Numbered from the whole stretch's first letter, positions 40,348-50,480 are shown. The stretch: DNA of 63,967 nt, filler included, from an uncultured bacterium (GCA_964543115.1; 10 parts of 10 records of this genome joined end to end with filler, not necessarily neighbours in it), one strand, 5' to 3'. Notes: generated from the letters alone by a model not told the origin. Numbers and translations are program-made.

Positions 40348-40673
40348 AGGGGAAGAAATTCATCCAATTAGTTTTGCGGGAACTAGCCAGTTTAAGGGAT
40401 AAACCGGTCCGGGATGCCGAACTAAAACGAGCCAAAGAGTTTTATCAGGGTCAGTTGGCGTTGGGTTTTGAAAAAACAACCAGCAGGATGCTCTGGCTGG
40501 GAGAAAATCTATTAACTACCGGCAAGGTGCCGACGATAGAAGAGGTTTATGAACGGGTCGGGCAGGTGAGCCCGGATGATATCAGGCGACTGGCAAAGAA
40601 AATATTTGTCAGCAATAATCTTAACTGCGCGATTGTGGGCGCGTTAGATGAAGAGATTAAAATCGAATTATGA
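40348..40673 (+). CDS. M16 family peptidase C-terminal part, 5' truncated
   Basis: ELKRAKEFYQGQLALGFEKTTSRM...VSPDDIRRLAKKIF. Confidence 0.8.
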
Positions 40674-41332
40674 AGAAGACACTTATTGCTCCTTCAATCT
40701 TAGCGGGGGATTTCGGTAAACTGGCCAGGGAAGCAAAACGGGCGGAACGTGCCGGTGCGGATTGGCTGCATGTAGATGTAATGGACGGTCATTTTGTCCC
40801 CAATGTTACCTTTGGCCCTAAGGTTGTTGCCGCGCTCAGGCAAGCGGTAAAGCTGCCCTTGGATGTTCATCTGATGATAAAACATCCGCAAAACTACATC
40901 GAACAGTTTGCCGGGGCCGGATCGGACTATCTCACTATTCATGTCGAAGCCGATACTAATATTGGTAAAACGTTAAACCGGATACGCGAGTTAGGGGTAA
41001 GGCCGGGGATAGTGCTTAATCCCGATACCCCTGCTTCCCGCGTGCGTCCTTACCTGGAGCGGATTGAGCTTATACTGGTTATGAGTGTCTGGCCCGGGTT
41101 TGGCAACCAGCGTTTTATTCCTGCGGTACTGCCGAAGCTAAAGAAGATCAGGCAGTATATTAAGGACAGCGGCAGGAAGATAGATCTGGAAATAGACGGT
41201 GGGATTAATCCCCAGACCGCTAAGTTGGCCGTTCAGGCGGGAGCCAACGTGCTCGTCGCCGGCTCGGCAATTTACGGTAAAAAGAATATCGGAAAGGCGA
41301 TTAAAGTTATAAAAAATAGCATATTAAAATAG
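40670..41332 (+). CDS. rpe: Ribulose-phosphate 3-epimerase
   Basis: IAPSILAGDF, HVDVMDGHFVPN, DVHLM, EIDGGIN. Confidence 0.96.
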   Translation: MKKTLIAPSILAGDFGKLAREAKRAERAGADWLHVDVMDGHFVPNVTFGPKVVAALRQAVKLPLDVHLMIKHPQNYIEQFAGAGSDYLTIHVEADTNIGKTLNRIRELGVRPGIVLNPDTPASRVRPYLERIELILVMSVWPGFGNQRFIPAVLPKLKKIRQYIKDSGRKIDLEIDGGINPQTAKLAVQAGANVLVAGSAIYGKKNIGKAIKVIKNSILK

Positions 41333-41354
41333 AGTAATACAGAAACTTATTTTC

Positions 41355-41432
41355 AACGCAGAGGCCGCCAAGGCCGCAGAGATTATGTTCTTTTATCTTA
41401 ATATACTCTGCGTGCTCTGCGCTCTCAGCGTT
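41355..41432. repeat. Intergenic inverted-repeat cassette (ACGCAGAG / CTCTGCG units)
   Basis: AACGCAGAG..CCGCAGAG...CTCTGCGTGCTCTGCGCTCTCAGCGTT. Confidence 0.75.
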
Positions 41433-41446
41433 TAAATGCCATTTCA

Positions 41447-43237
41447 ATGAATTTATCTCATATTCGCAATTTTTCTATTATCGCCCATATTGACCACGGT
41501 AAATCTACCTTAGCCGACAGGCTGCTGGAATTTACCAATACCATCGATCCCCGTCAATACCGGGATCAGATACTTGATTCCATGGATCTGGAACGGGAGC
41601 ATGGGATTACGATTAAGAGTCATCCGGTAACAATGAATTATCAGGCGGATGATGGAAAGCAATATGTGATAAATCTTATCGATACCCCCGGTCATGTGGA
41701 TTTCAATTATGAAGTTGCCCGGAGCCTCTCTGCTTGTGAAGGCGCCTTATTGATAGTTGATGCCAGCCAGGGAGTAGAGGCCCAGACAGTGGCCAATCTG
41801 CATCTGGCAAAGGAACAGAAACTGGTTATTGTTCCCGTGCTCAACAAAATAGATCTACCGAATGCCGATCCGGAAGAGGCCGCCCGTCAGTTAGAGGATG
41901 TTCTTGGTGTTGATCATCATGGAGTGATTAAGGTGAGCGCTAAACAGGGTATTGGCACCAAAGAGGTGCTGGAAGCGGTTGTTACCCGTGTGCCTCCGCC
42001 GCAGGGAGACAAAAAAGCGCCGCTGCAGGCCTTAATTTTTGATTCCGTACATGACGTTTATCGGGGGGTGCGGATATATGTTCGTGTTTTTCAGGGAGAA
42101 TTGAAGACAAATACAAAAATAATTACGATGAGCAACAACAAAGCATACGAGGCCCAGGAGGTGGGTATTTTCCGGCCGGAAGCGGTGGCGGTGGAGAAAC
42201 TTTCTGCCGGTGAAGTAGGGTATGTGATTGCTAATATCAAGATAGCGGCAGAGGTTAAGATCGGGGATACACTGACCAATGCCAAGAAACCGGCAGAAAA
42301 GGCCCTGCCCGGATTTAAGGAAGCGCAGCCGATGGTTTTTAATAGTATATATCCAATAAATATTACGGACTTTGACAGCCTGAAAGACGCGATGGAAAAA
42401 CTCCGGCTTAACGACGCTTCGTTTGTGTTTGAACCGGATTCTTCAGCCGCCCTGGGATACGGGTTTCGCTGCGGGTTTCTTGGTCTGCTGCATTCAGAAA
42501 TAATCCAGGAGAGATTGGAACGGGAATTTGATCTGGGGATTATCGCTACCGCTCCCAGTGTAGTTTACCAGCTCATGAAGGGAGACGGATCGATCATGCA
42601 GGTAGATAATCCCATTCATTTTCCCAATCCCGCGGAGATTGGCTTCATTGAAGAACCGTTTATTAATGCTTTTATTATCTGTCCCAACGAGTATATTGGT
42701 GCCCTAATGCAATTGGCGCAGGAACGGCGGGGCAGCTGCAAGCGCACAGAGACACTGGACAAGCACCGGGTAATGCTTACCTTTGAACTGCCGCTTAACG
42801 AGATTGTAATTGATTTTCATGACCGGATAAAATCCGCTACCCGCGGTTATGGTTCGATGGACTATGAATATACTGGTTATCGTGCCTCTGATATCGTTAA
42901 ACTCGATATTATGTTAAATGGCGAACCGGTAGATGCCTTCAGTTCACTCGTTCACTGTTCGCGTGCCGAGCAGCGGGGACGGGAAATAGCGCTGAAACTA
43001 AAGGATTTACTGCCCAGGCATATGTTTCAGATAGCGGTGCAGGCATCAGTGGGCAATAAGATCATTGCTCGTGAAACCGTGAAGGCCATGCGTAAGGATG
43101 TAACGGCGAAATGTTACGGGGGAGATATTACGAGGAAACGCAAGTTGTGGGAAAAACAGAAGGCCGGCAAGAAAAAGATGAAACAGATCGGCAAGGTCCA
43201 GATCCCGCAGAAGGTGTTCTTGGATGTGTTGAAGTGA
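41447..43237 (+). CDS. lepA: Elongation factor 4 (LepA)
   Basis: IRNFSIIAHIDHGKSTLADR, DTPGHVDF, GFRCGFLGLLH, KCYGGDITRKRKL. Confidence 0.98.
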   Translation: MNLSHIRNFSIIAHIDHGKSTLADRLLEFTNTIDPRQYRDQILDSMDLEREHGITIKSHPVTMNYQADDGKQYVINLIDTPGHVDFNYEVARSLSACEGALLIVDASQGVEAQTVANLHLAKEQKLVIVPVLNKIDLPNADPEEAARQLEDVLGVDHHGVIKVSAKQGIGTKEVLEAVVTRVPPPQGDKKAPLQALIFDSVHDVYRGVRIYVRVFQGELKTNTKIITMSNNKAYEAQEVGIFRPEAVAVEKLSAGEVGYVIANIKIAAEVKIGDTLTNAKKPAEKALPGFKEAQPMVFNSIYPINITDFDSLKDAMEKLRLNDASFVFEPDSSAALGYGFRCGFLGLLHSEIIQERLEREFDLGIIATAPSVVYQLMKGDGSIMQVDNPIHFPNPAEIGFIEEPFINAFIICPNEYIGALMQLAQERRGSCKRTETLDKHRVMLTFELPLNEIVIDFHDRIKSATRGYGSMDYEYTGYRASDIVKLDIMLNGEPVDAFSSLVHCSRAEQRGREIALKLKDLLPRHMFQIAVQASVGNKIIARETVKAMRKDVTAKCYGGDITRKRKLWEKQKAGKKKMKQIGKVQIPQKVFLDVLK

Positions 43238-43252
43238 GTGATAGTATTTTTA

Positions 43253-43343
43253 GCCACGGATTTCACTGATTATTACTGATTAAAAATTATAAAAAACTCA
43301 GTGTAAATCAGTGAAAATCCGCGAGCAAAGCTCGATCAGTGGC
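43253..43343. repeat. Intergenic inverted-repeat cassette (CACTGATT / AATCAGTG units)
   Basis: GCCACGGATTTCACTGATT..CTGATT...TCAGTGTAAATCAGTGAAAATCC[GCGAGCAAAGCTCG]ATCAGTGGC. Confidence 0.75.
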
Positions 43344-43361
43344 CAAAGGGAGTTTTAATCT

Positions 43362-44120
43362 ATGAAAACTGAGATCATTATTTTAGGTTCCGGGACGGGA
43401 GTGCCCTCGATCAGGCGCGGCGCGCCGGGGTTTGCGCTGAAATTAGGAAAAGAAACATTTCTTTTTGACAGTGGTTCCGGCACGCTGAATAGGCTTTTGC
43501 GCGCCGGCATAGATTATCGCGAGATTGATTACATTTTTTATTCGCATTTTCATCCCGATCACGTAGCCGAGTTAGTGCCGTTTATGTTTGCCTGTAAATA
43601 TCATACCCAGCCGAGGACAAAAAAACTCAAGCTTTTCGGCCCGCCGGGCCTGAAACGTTATTACGGTAATATACACAAATTATATAAACGCTGGATCCGG
43701 CCGGAGACTTACCGGATACAAATAAATGAATTAAAAGGTAATCCCCGCAAGTCCAGGGAGTGGACAGTATCTACCAGGCGCCTGCAACATTCCAAGGCCT
43801 CTATCGGTTACCGGGTACGCTTAACCAACGGGAAAACAATAGTCTACAGCGGTGACACGAACTTCAGTAAAAGTCTGATTGATTTGTCCCGGGATGCCGA
43901 TTTATTAATTTTGGAATGCTCTTTTCCTGACCGCCTCTCTTGTCCGGGACACCTAACACCTCGTCTGGCCGGTAAGGTAGCCGCAGCGGCTGGCTGCCGG
44001 CACCTTGTCTTAACCCATTTCTATCCCGTTTGCGACAAATATGACATTCGCTCAGCCTGCCGCAAGGAATATAAGGGTAAGTTAACCCTGGCAAGGGACA
44101 ACTTGCGAATAAAGTTATAA
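43362..44120 (+). CDS. MBL-fold metallohydrolase (RNase Z/BN-like)
   Basis: LGSGTG, FDSGSG, SHFHPDH, YSGDT, LILECSF, LVLTHFY. Confidence 0.88.
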   Translation: MKTEIIILGSGTGVPSIRRGAPGFALKLGKETFLFDSGSGTLNRLLRAGIDYREIDYIFYSHFHPDHVAELVPFMFACKYHTQPRTKKLKLFGPPGLKRYYGNIHKLYKRWIRPETYRIQINELKGNPRKSREWTVSTRRLQHSKASIGYRVRLTNGKTIVYSGDTNFSKSLIDLSRDADLLILECSFPDRLSCPGHLTPRLAGKVAAAAGCRHLVLTHFYPVCDKYDIRSACRKEYKGKLTLARDNLRIKL

Positions 44121-44124
44121 TAAA

Positions 44125-45087
44125 ATGGATTTAGAACAACAAGTTGATCAGTTGTTGATGTTCGGCCTGAGCGGGAAAACAATACCGCGGGCGGGCAGCG
44201 TTATTCTTTTTGCCAAAGATATTAAAACGCTGCCGCAATTACGTAAATTAACAAAGAGGATCCATCAATCAACTGAAATCCCGCCGCTGATCAGCATTGA
44301 TCAGGAAGGGGGCCGGGTAAATAGGATTACCACTGGAGTAACTGTTCTGCCTAGTCTTGCTGTTTTAGGGAAAATAAATTCTGCTGAAGCGGCTTACCAT
44401 TGCGGCCGGATACTGGCTGAAGAGTTAAGGTCCTTAGGCATTGATTTTGATTTAGCGCCGGTTGTCGACGTAAATACGGAAGATAAAAACCCGATTATTG
44501 GTGAGCGTTCTTTTGGCGATGATTCCCGGCGGGTAGCGGAATTGGGGAAATCGATGATCAGCGGATTGCAGAGCCATGGTTTATTGGCCTGCGCCAAGCA
44601 TTTTCCCGGCCATGGCGCGGCCAAATCCGACAGTCATCAGTATTTACCGCTGATTGAAGTTTCCGGAAGAAAATGGGAGAAAATTCATTTGCCGCCATTT
44701 CGGCAGGCGGTTAAGGCGGGAGTGCAGGCGGTAATGGTCGGGCATTTATTGTGTCCGGCGCTGGACAAAAAGTATCCGGCCAGTCTTTCTCGGAAGATAG
44801 TAACGGGGATATTAAAAGAAAGGTGGGGTTACCGGGGATTGATTGTTACCGATGACCTGGCCATGGGCGCAATAACCAAGCATTACCGGATTGGTGAGGC
44901 AGCTGTGCTGTCAGTTTCTGCCGGTGCGGACATGATAATTGTTGGTAAAGGGTTGCGTAACCAGCAGGCTGTACGTGCGGCTTTGCTTAAAGCCTTTAAA
45001 AGCGGCCGGCTCTCGCAGAAAAGGCTTGCTGAATCAGTGTCTAAGATATTAAAATTAAAGAAGAAACATTTCAAGATACTTGCGTAG
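44125..45087 (+). CDS. nagZ: GH3 beta-N-acetylhexosaminidase
   Basis: IDQEGGRVNR, KHFPGHG..KSDSH, IVTDDLAMGA. Confidence 0.9.
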   Translation: MDLEQQVDQLLMFGLSGKTIPRAGSVILFAKDIKTLPQLRKLTKRIHQSTEIPPLISIDQEGGRVNRITTGVTVLPSLAVLGKINSAEAAYHCGRILAEELRSLGIDFDLAPVVDVNTEDKNPIIGERSFGDDSRRVAELGKSMISGLQSHGLLACAKHFPGHGAAKSDSHQYLPLIEVSGRKWEKIHLPPFRQAVKAGVQAVMVGHLLCPALDKKYPASLSRKIVTGILKERWGYRGLIVTDDLAMGAITKHYRIGEAAVLSVSAGADMIIVGKGLRNQQAVRAALLKAFKSGRLSQKRLAESVSKILKLKKKHFKILA

Positions 45088-45115
45088 GATGGTTGGAAAA
45101 TAGAAAGCTATAATA

Positions 45116-45260
45116 AACCACTGAGGACACGGAGATCACAGAGTAATAGAAAGACAGATCAAAATGTAATTCAAAATATTTTTACAGTGTCCTTTAAATG
45201 TTGATTTTTATATTATAAAAAATCTCTGTGTACTCTGTGTACTCTGTGTCCTCTGTGGTT
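45116..45260. repeat. Intergenic inverted-repeat cassette (CACAGAG / CTCTGTG units)
   Basis: AACCACTGAGGACACGGAGATCACAGAG...CTCTGTGTACTCTGTGTACTCTGTGTCCTCTGTGGTT. Confidence 0.8.
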
Positions 45261-45290
45261 TAGAAAATCTTTTGCTGGTAAATCACAATT

Positions 45291-46538
45291 ATGAAAAAAA
45301 TATCTTTGTTCTATGCTTTTTTGCTATTATTAGCCGGTGGCTGCGGGGCGCCGGATGACGGCCGGGTGAAGATCACCTACCAGACAATGGAAACACTGCC
45401 GGAACAGCGTAAGGCCCTGGCCGAGTTGGTAGCGGAATTCGAAAAAGCCCATCCCGAAGTAGACGTGGAAGTTCTGACCTCAACAACCAGTTTCCAGAAA
45501 TTGATGATCCAGATAGCCGGCGGTAACGCCCCGGATGTGTTTTATTATGTGACCGACCGTTTACCGGCCCTGGCCGAAAAAGGGGTGGTTAAGGATCTTA
45601 CCCCGTTAATTAAAAGCGATCCGGAGTTAGCTATGACTGCGTATTTCCCGGAGGCCGATGATTCGTGCCGGATTAATGGGAACTATTATCTTTTTCCGTT
45701 TCATTACAGCACGGATGTCCTGTTTTACAATAAAGATCTTTTTAATGCTGCCGGAGTAGAGTATCCTGATGCCGGTTGGACCTGGGATGATTTTCTTAGT
45801 GCCGCAGTTAAACTGACCAAACGCGAAAACGGTAAAATAATCCAATATGGCACCCTGCAGCCAAGGCCGTTATTAATGATTAAATCTTTTGGCGGCAGGT
45901 GCTTTAATAAAAAACTAACTCAATGCGCGATTGATAGTCCCCAGACAAGAAAGGCCTTAGAGTTTTTAATCGATCTGGACCAGCGCTATCATTGCGCGCC
46001 GGGAATGATGTCCATTAAAGATATGGAACGGATGGATGGCATCGACATGTTTTCTACCGGCCGGGTAGCGATGTTTATGGGTAGGACCTTTATGCTGGCG
46101 GAATTCCGGAAGCTGAAAAGCTTTGATTGGGATATTGCCCCGGTGCCCAGAGGGGAACGTGAATATTCCCGGCTGGCGGTAGGCGGTAATTGTATTGCTG
46201 AGAGTTGTAAGCATCCCGAAGAGGCCTGGAAGTTCGTGAAATTTTATTCCGGAAAGAAAGGCTCTTATATCTGCGGGACCAGCGGCAATTGTGTGCCGGC
46301 CCTGAAAGAGGTTGCCTATTCACAGGCCTTTTTACGGCCGCCGCCGGAAAATGCCCGTTTGTTTGTTGATAGCATTAAATACGCTGAAAGCGATAATCCC
46401 GGGCTTATTATGTGGGAAGAATTCTATCAGCGGATACTGCAGGAAAATATTGACAAAATACTTTGCGGCGTTGTTTCCCTTGATGAAGGCCTCAAGCGGA
46501 TTGTTAAGGAAACCAATAAATTATTGGAAAAAGACTAG
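45291..46538 (+). CDS. Sugar ABC transporter substrate-binding lipoprotein
   Basis: Lipobox LAGGC; IAGGNAPDV; LFYNKDLF..AGV.YPD..WTWDDF. Confidence 0.9.
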   Translation: MKKISLFYAFLLLLAGGCGAPDDGRVKITYQTMETLPEQRKALAELVAEFEKAHPEVDVEVLTSTTSFQKLMIQIAGGNAPDVFYYVTDRLPALAEKGVVKDLTPLIKSDPELAMTAYFPEADDSCRINGNYYLFPFHYSTDVLFYNKDLFNAAGVEYPDAGWTWDDFLSAAVKLTKRENGKIIQYGTLQPRPLLMIKSFGGRCFNKKLTQCAIDSPQTRKALEFLIDLDQRYHCAPGMMSIKDMERMDGIDMFSTGRVAMFMGRTFMLAEFRKLKSFDWDIAPVPRGEREYSRLAVGGNCIAESCKHPEEAWKFVKFYSGKKGSYICGTSGNCVPALKEVAYSQAFLRPPPENARLFVDSIKYAESDNPGLIMWEEFYQRILQENIDKILCGVVSLDEGLKRIVKETNKLLEKD

Positions 46539-46548
46539 GAGTGAGAGA

Positions 46549-46794
46549 ATGAATATTGCCATGATGCACTGGGGCTTTCCGCCGATCATCGGCGGTGTGG
46601 AAACACACCTGTCTATTCTCGGACCGGAACTGATTAAACGCGGACACAATGTTTCTTTGCTTACCTCTAATGCCGAGAAGGCGAAGAAGAAGGATCTTTG
46701 GCAGGGGATGAAGATCAAGCGCACACCGTTAATGGATCTTAACTGGCTTTATGAACGGGGGGTAATTGATCTTGGTGAGGACATTCAGCATAAG
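46549..46794 (+). CDS. Glycosyltransferase family 4 N-terminus, truncated
   Basis: MNIAMMHWGFPPIIGGVETHL...GHNVSLLT; GGAG RBS. Confidence 0.8.
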
Positions 46795-46894
46795 NNNNNN
46801 NNNNNNNNNNNNNNNNNNNNNNNNNNNNNNNNNNNNNNTTAATTAATTAANNNNNNNNNNNNNNNNNNNNNNNNNNNNNNNNNNNNNNNNNNNN
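46795..46894. other. Artificial contig linker 7
   Basis: Same 100-nt linker. Confidence 0.99.
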
Positions 46895-48026
46895 AGAGGT
46901 GGTTGATCCCCAGATAGGCCTTGGCCTCCAACTCCCCGCTTTCCCTGCATACCAGCTTGACGTGGGAGAGGATTCGCACGAAGAAGCTCCTGTATAAAGG
47001 GTACAGATGGTCGGCCATTCGCGCCAGGGGCGGGGGGCACGCATCCATATCGATCGAACGATATCCTGGATACGCCAGGAGACCGTTTCGCTTGGCCGGA
47101 AGGCAGACCCCCTCTTCTAAAAGAAAGTCCAGAAACGGATACCAGAGGGGTTCCCGTGAGGGATCCCTGCGATAGGAGAATTTACACTCGATACCGATTT
47201 TCCCGGATATATCCGCCCCCACGTCCACATGAAGGTAGAGCATATCAAAAAAGGGGGAGATCTTCTTGAGTATGTCATCCAGAGGGGAAAAATCACCGGG
47301 CCAGCCCAGGTGAGACAGAATCCGTTTTACGGCCTCGCCGTCCGGGGCCAGAATACACATCCGGAGGGTATCGGAATCAGAGCGCGCGATCATGAGCCCC
47401 ACCTGGAACAGGTTAGGTAACCGGGGAAGGATCTCCAGGCACTTTTTCCAGTTCAAGGCCGCCGAAGGCCCCGGGTTTCGGCCTTTCAGGCAGAAGAAGA
47501 TGGTTTCCAGGAGCCGCAATCCTTCATCGGGATCAGGGATCTTTCCATGGCGATGCTCCCTGGTGTGAAAGGGGGCGAAAAAGAGGCTTGGCGCCTTTAC
47601 CCGCTGCGCGGAGGGGTTCGAGACATCGAACTCCAGCCACACATCGTCGATTCCGGCGTAAAGTGGATCGGGCGGATCGGCCCACTGTTCACCGAAACAC
47701 CTTACCTGGTTCCACTGGGGAATGGAGAACAGAGCCGCGTCAAAATCATGTTCCGGTAGTTGCGATGAGAGGATTTCCGGCCCTGAATTTGTTTTCTGCA
47801 GGGAAAACAGAAAATCGGCTTCAGCCCCGTCGACCCCCAAGGGACACTCAAACCCGAAAGGGGAAAAGGCAAGGGCCCCGGGAACCTGCGAGGCCACTTT
47901 TCTTATCTTTGAAAAGGAGGCGTCTGATATCAGTTCATCGGGAAGATCGGCTTTGAGCAGATCAAGATAGTGTGAAAAGGGTGTAACGATCATTTGGACA
48001 TCGATAAAAGGATATGGGTTGAGCAC
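46895..48026 (-). CDS. Putative RiPP prenyltransferase (ABBA-fold-like family found next to Nif11-type precursors), 3' truncated
   Basis: FGFECPL..ADF, DDVWLEFD, FQVGLMIAR, KIGIEC, LSHVKL..EAKAYLG; lies directly downstream of the precursors. The fold is inferred, not searched. Confidence 0.5.
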
Positions 48027-48241
48027 CCGTCTGCAAAGAACCGCCGGGAACCCGTTTTCGCTTCATTAGCTAAAAGCTGAATGCTCAAAGCGTTTCCGGC
48101 TACATCCTTTGATCCTTCGGCTTTCTTTTGTCAATTCCATATTCTCCGTTCTGACGACCGTGGCACGCACCATGTCGCAAATTCTACATGATCCCCCGCT
48201 TTTGCGTTACCACCATGTTGCTATACGAGTTCTTACGATCG

Positions 48242-48490
48242 TCACATGTGACTCTTTGAAGCGCATTTTCTGCAGTCAGGCGTCCATTTGTCGCCTCCCG
48301 CGACACTGGCCAGTTCATCATCGCTTAGGACATGTGTCTGCGCATCCAGTTCCTCCTTTGTAAAATCAAATCCTGCCCCTTTGACATACTCCATGCGTTC
48401 TTCCGCTGTGGCGATTTTCTGTACGTTCTTCCTGAAATCCTCGTCGTTTTTGACTTTTTCCAAAAATGCTTTTGCGTTTTCGATTGACAT
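48242..48490 (-). CDS. Nif11-like leader peptide RiPP precursor, copy 2
   Basis: MSIENAKAFLEKVKNDEDFRK..GFDFTKEEL..LSDDELASVAGG | DKWTPDCRKCASKSHM; AGGAG RBS. Confidence 0.93.
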   Translation of the reverse strand: MSIENAKAFLEKVKNDEDFRKNVQKIATAEERMEYVKGAGFDFTKEELDAQTHVLSDDELASVAGGDKWTPDCRKCASKSHM

Positions 48491-48908
48491 GTGTTTTCTC
48501 CTTTCTTGATTTTACAGGTTCATTATGGGCTCATGCCCCGTCGCGATAATTTTTATTAGATGGTATTTCTGTCACAAAAGTCAAGTAAATTTGTGCGCGA
48601 GTCCATTTGGGTTGCGGGTACAGCCTGCCTTGAATTATTCCATCCTGAAATTAAGCAAGAAGCGTACCATGTTTTACGACGTCAACAAAATGACAGTAAC
48701 CCGTGGATATCAGTGTTTGTAAAATTTTCTTCTCAAAAAACCTCTTTCGATAAAACCACCTCCATAAACCGTTTTCTCCCGACGGCACATGGTTACACGA
48801 CCTCCGAATTCTCCGTTCTGACGACCGTGGCACGCACCATGTCGCAAATTCTACATGATCCCCCGCTTTTGCGTTACCACCATGTTGCTATACGAGTTCT
48901 TACGATCG

Positions 48909-49157
48909 TCACATGTGACTCTTTGAAGCGCATTTTCTGCAGTCAGGCGTCCATTTGTCGCCTCCCGCGACACTGGCCAGTTCATCATCGCTTAGGACAT
49001 GTGTCTGCGCATCCAGTTCCTCCTTTGTAAAATCAAATCCTGCCCCTTTGACATACTCCATGCGTTCTTCCGCTGTGGCGATTTTCTGTACGTTCTTCCT
49101 GAAATCCTCGTCGTTTTTGACTTTTTCCAAAAATGCTTTTGCGTTTTCGATTGACAT
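48909..49157 (-). CDS. Nif11-like leader peptide RiPP precursor, copy 1
   Basis: Identical to 48242-48490. Confidence 0.93.
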   Translation of the reverse strand: MSIENAKAFLEKVKNDEDFRKNVQKIATAEERMEYVKGAGFDFTKEELDAQTHVLSDDELASVAGGDKWTPDCRKCASKSHM

Positions 49158-49599
49158 GTGTTTTCTCCTTTCTTGATTTTACAGGTTCATTATGGGCTCA
49201 TGCCCCGTCCGCTTGCGGCGGGGTTGCCGATTAAAAACGGGTCCAGGGCTTGCCCTGGGGTTTAATACCTTTTATTTTATGGTTATTTTTTGTTGACACC
49301 CAAGCCTCTTCCTAAACACTATCAGATAGCCAACGCTATGTTAAAATTGCCTCCACCCATATCAATACTGCATTTTTTATACCAACAGAGATGGCTACGC
49401 TATCCATTTGAAATAATAAGCATATCATAATGGGTAGTATCCTGAAGAGGAAAACTGTGGTCCGAATTCTATGGCATTACCACCCCAATTAGGGCACAAG
49501 TGCCATAGTTGTCAAAATAGGAGCGGGACCGCCCATGCCAAAAAGACTTACCAAGTCTGTCAGAGAACGCACTCTTGATACCGTTGCAAATTAATTCAA

Positions 49600-49810
49600 A
49601 GTAGCTACCTGAAGATGTTCTTGAAGTCAAGAAAGAAATAAGAAATATTACAATCTACCTGATTTAGAAGTGGACGAGTATGACTAACAGGCAACTTGGT
49701 GACATGTTTGGAGGCCTGAGCTATTCAGCTGTTTCTAAAGCTAATGAGAGATTTTCAGAGAAAGTAAAGAAAAGTAGAGCCTTGAAGAATAATGTTAATA
49801 GAATTGCCAA
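49600..49810 (+). pseudogene. Remnant of the C-terminal HTH of a REP-associated/Y1 transposase-like gene
   Basis: EIRNITIYLI*KWTSMTNRQLGDMFGGLSYSAVSK, with an in-frame TAG at 49665-49667. Confidence 0.55.
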
Positions 49811-50480
49811 CAAAAGGATGCGCCGATCCAGGAAAAAGACGGGTAGGCCTTGTTGGCGTGCATGGCGCAGTACAGATCGTAGACGCGTCCCTGTTCCTGC
49901 CTGAGTATTCGTTTCAAACGGCTGTTGAGCATCGGGGCGACCAGGTGAAACATCACCTCCAGCATCTTCTGCCCCCGGGCGGATGACGCGGTCTGCTTCA
50001 GGCGCATCTCCTCCAGAACGACGCTTCTTTCTCTCGGAATCTGTTCAGGAGAAAGGCTGAGGCCGCAGGCGACATCCGAGAAAATCCTGAGTCCGAGAAC
50101 CTCCGAGTTCTCCCGGGCATGGGCAAAGGAAAGGGCGAATATGATTTCAGCCGGCTCGGTCCAGGCATTGATGTCTTTGCCGATCTCCATGACGAGGGAT
50201 TCCAGGTGGGAGAGCAGTGAATTATCCGGAAAGTGCCGACTTCCGGAAAAGGCCAAATGTTCCAGGAAATGGGCCATTTCGTATTCCCCGTCTCGCTCGT
50301 TCAGAAACCCGCATGAGATCAGGAGTCGCAGTTCGAGATTTTTTGAGTGGTTTCCTGAGCCGGCCGAAGCCAGCAGGTGAGCCCGTTTGAAGCCCGGTAA
50401 ATTAACAGATGGGGATCCGGAGAAAGCTTTTCAGAAGGGGAGGGGCTTTCCATTCGGGTGTCGGCACTTTCAGTCTTCAT
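49795..50480 (-). pseudogene. M16 (PqqL-like) peptidase pseudogene with a frameshift and an internal deletion
   Basis: From ATG 50480: ...SPDPHLLIYRASNGLTCWLR. A different frame gives ELRLLISCG..EMAHFLEHLAFSGS..DINAWT..ERSVVLEEMR, joined directly to a C-terminal SRLKRILRQEQGRVY motif. Confidence 0.75.

Larger units (their letters stand above)
48141..49209. repeat. Direct duplication of 402 bp (48141-48542 and 48808-49209) containing the precursor gene
   Basis: The two copies read identically at an offset of 667 bp. Confidence 0.92.

Noticed and set aside
43362..46794. Novel system formed by the MBL hydrolase, nagZ, sugar-binding protein and GT4
   Set aside because: All are common families in an ordinary housekeeping context after lepA; nothing in the sequence indicates a dedicated new pathway.
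48242..49157. Lanthipeptide or sactipeptide assignment based on Cys/Ser/Thr in the core
   Set aside because: No LanM/LanB/LanC or radical SAM gene is on the contig. It cannot be excluded beyond the contig ends, but nothing here supports it.
48109..49176. Plus-strand ORFs 48109-48363, 48288-48509, 48560-49030 and 48955-49176
   Set aside because: Antisense shadows of the duplicated precursor block, without RBS or recognisable motifs.
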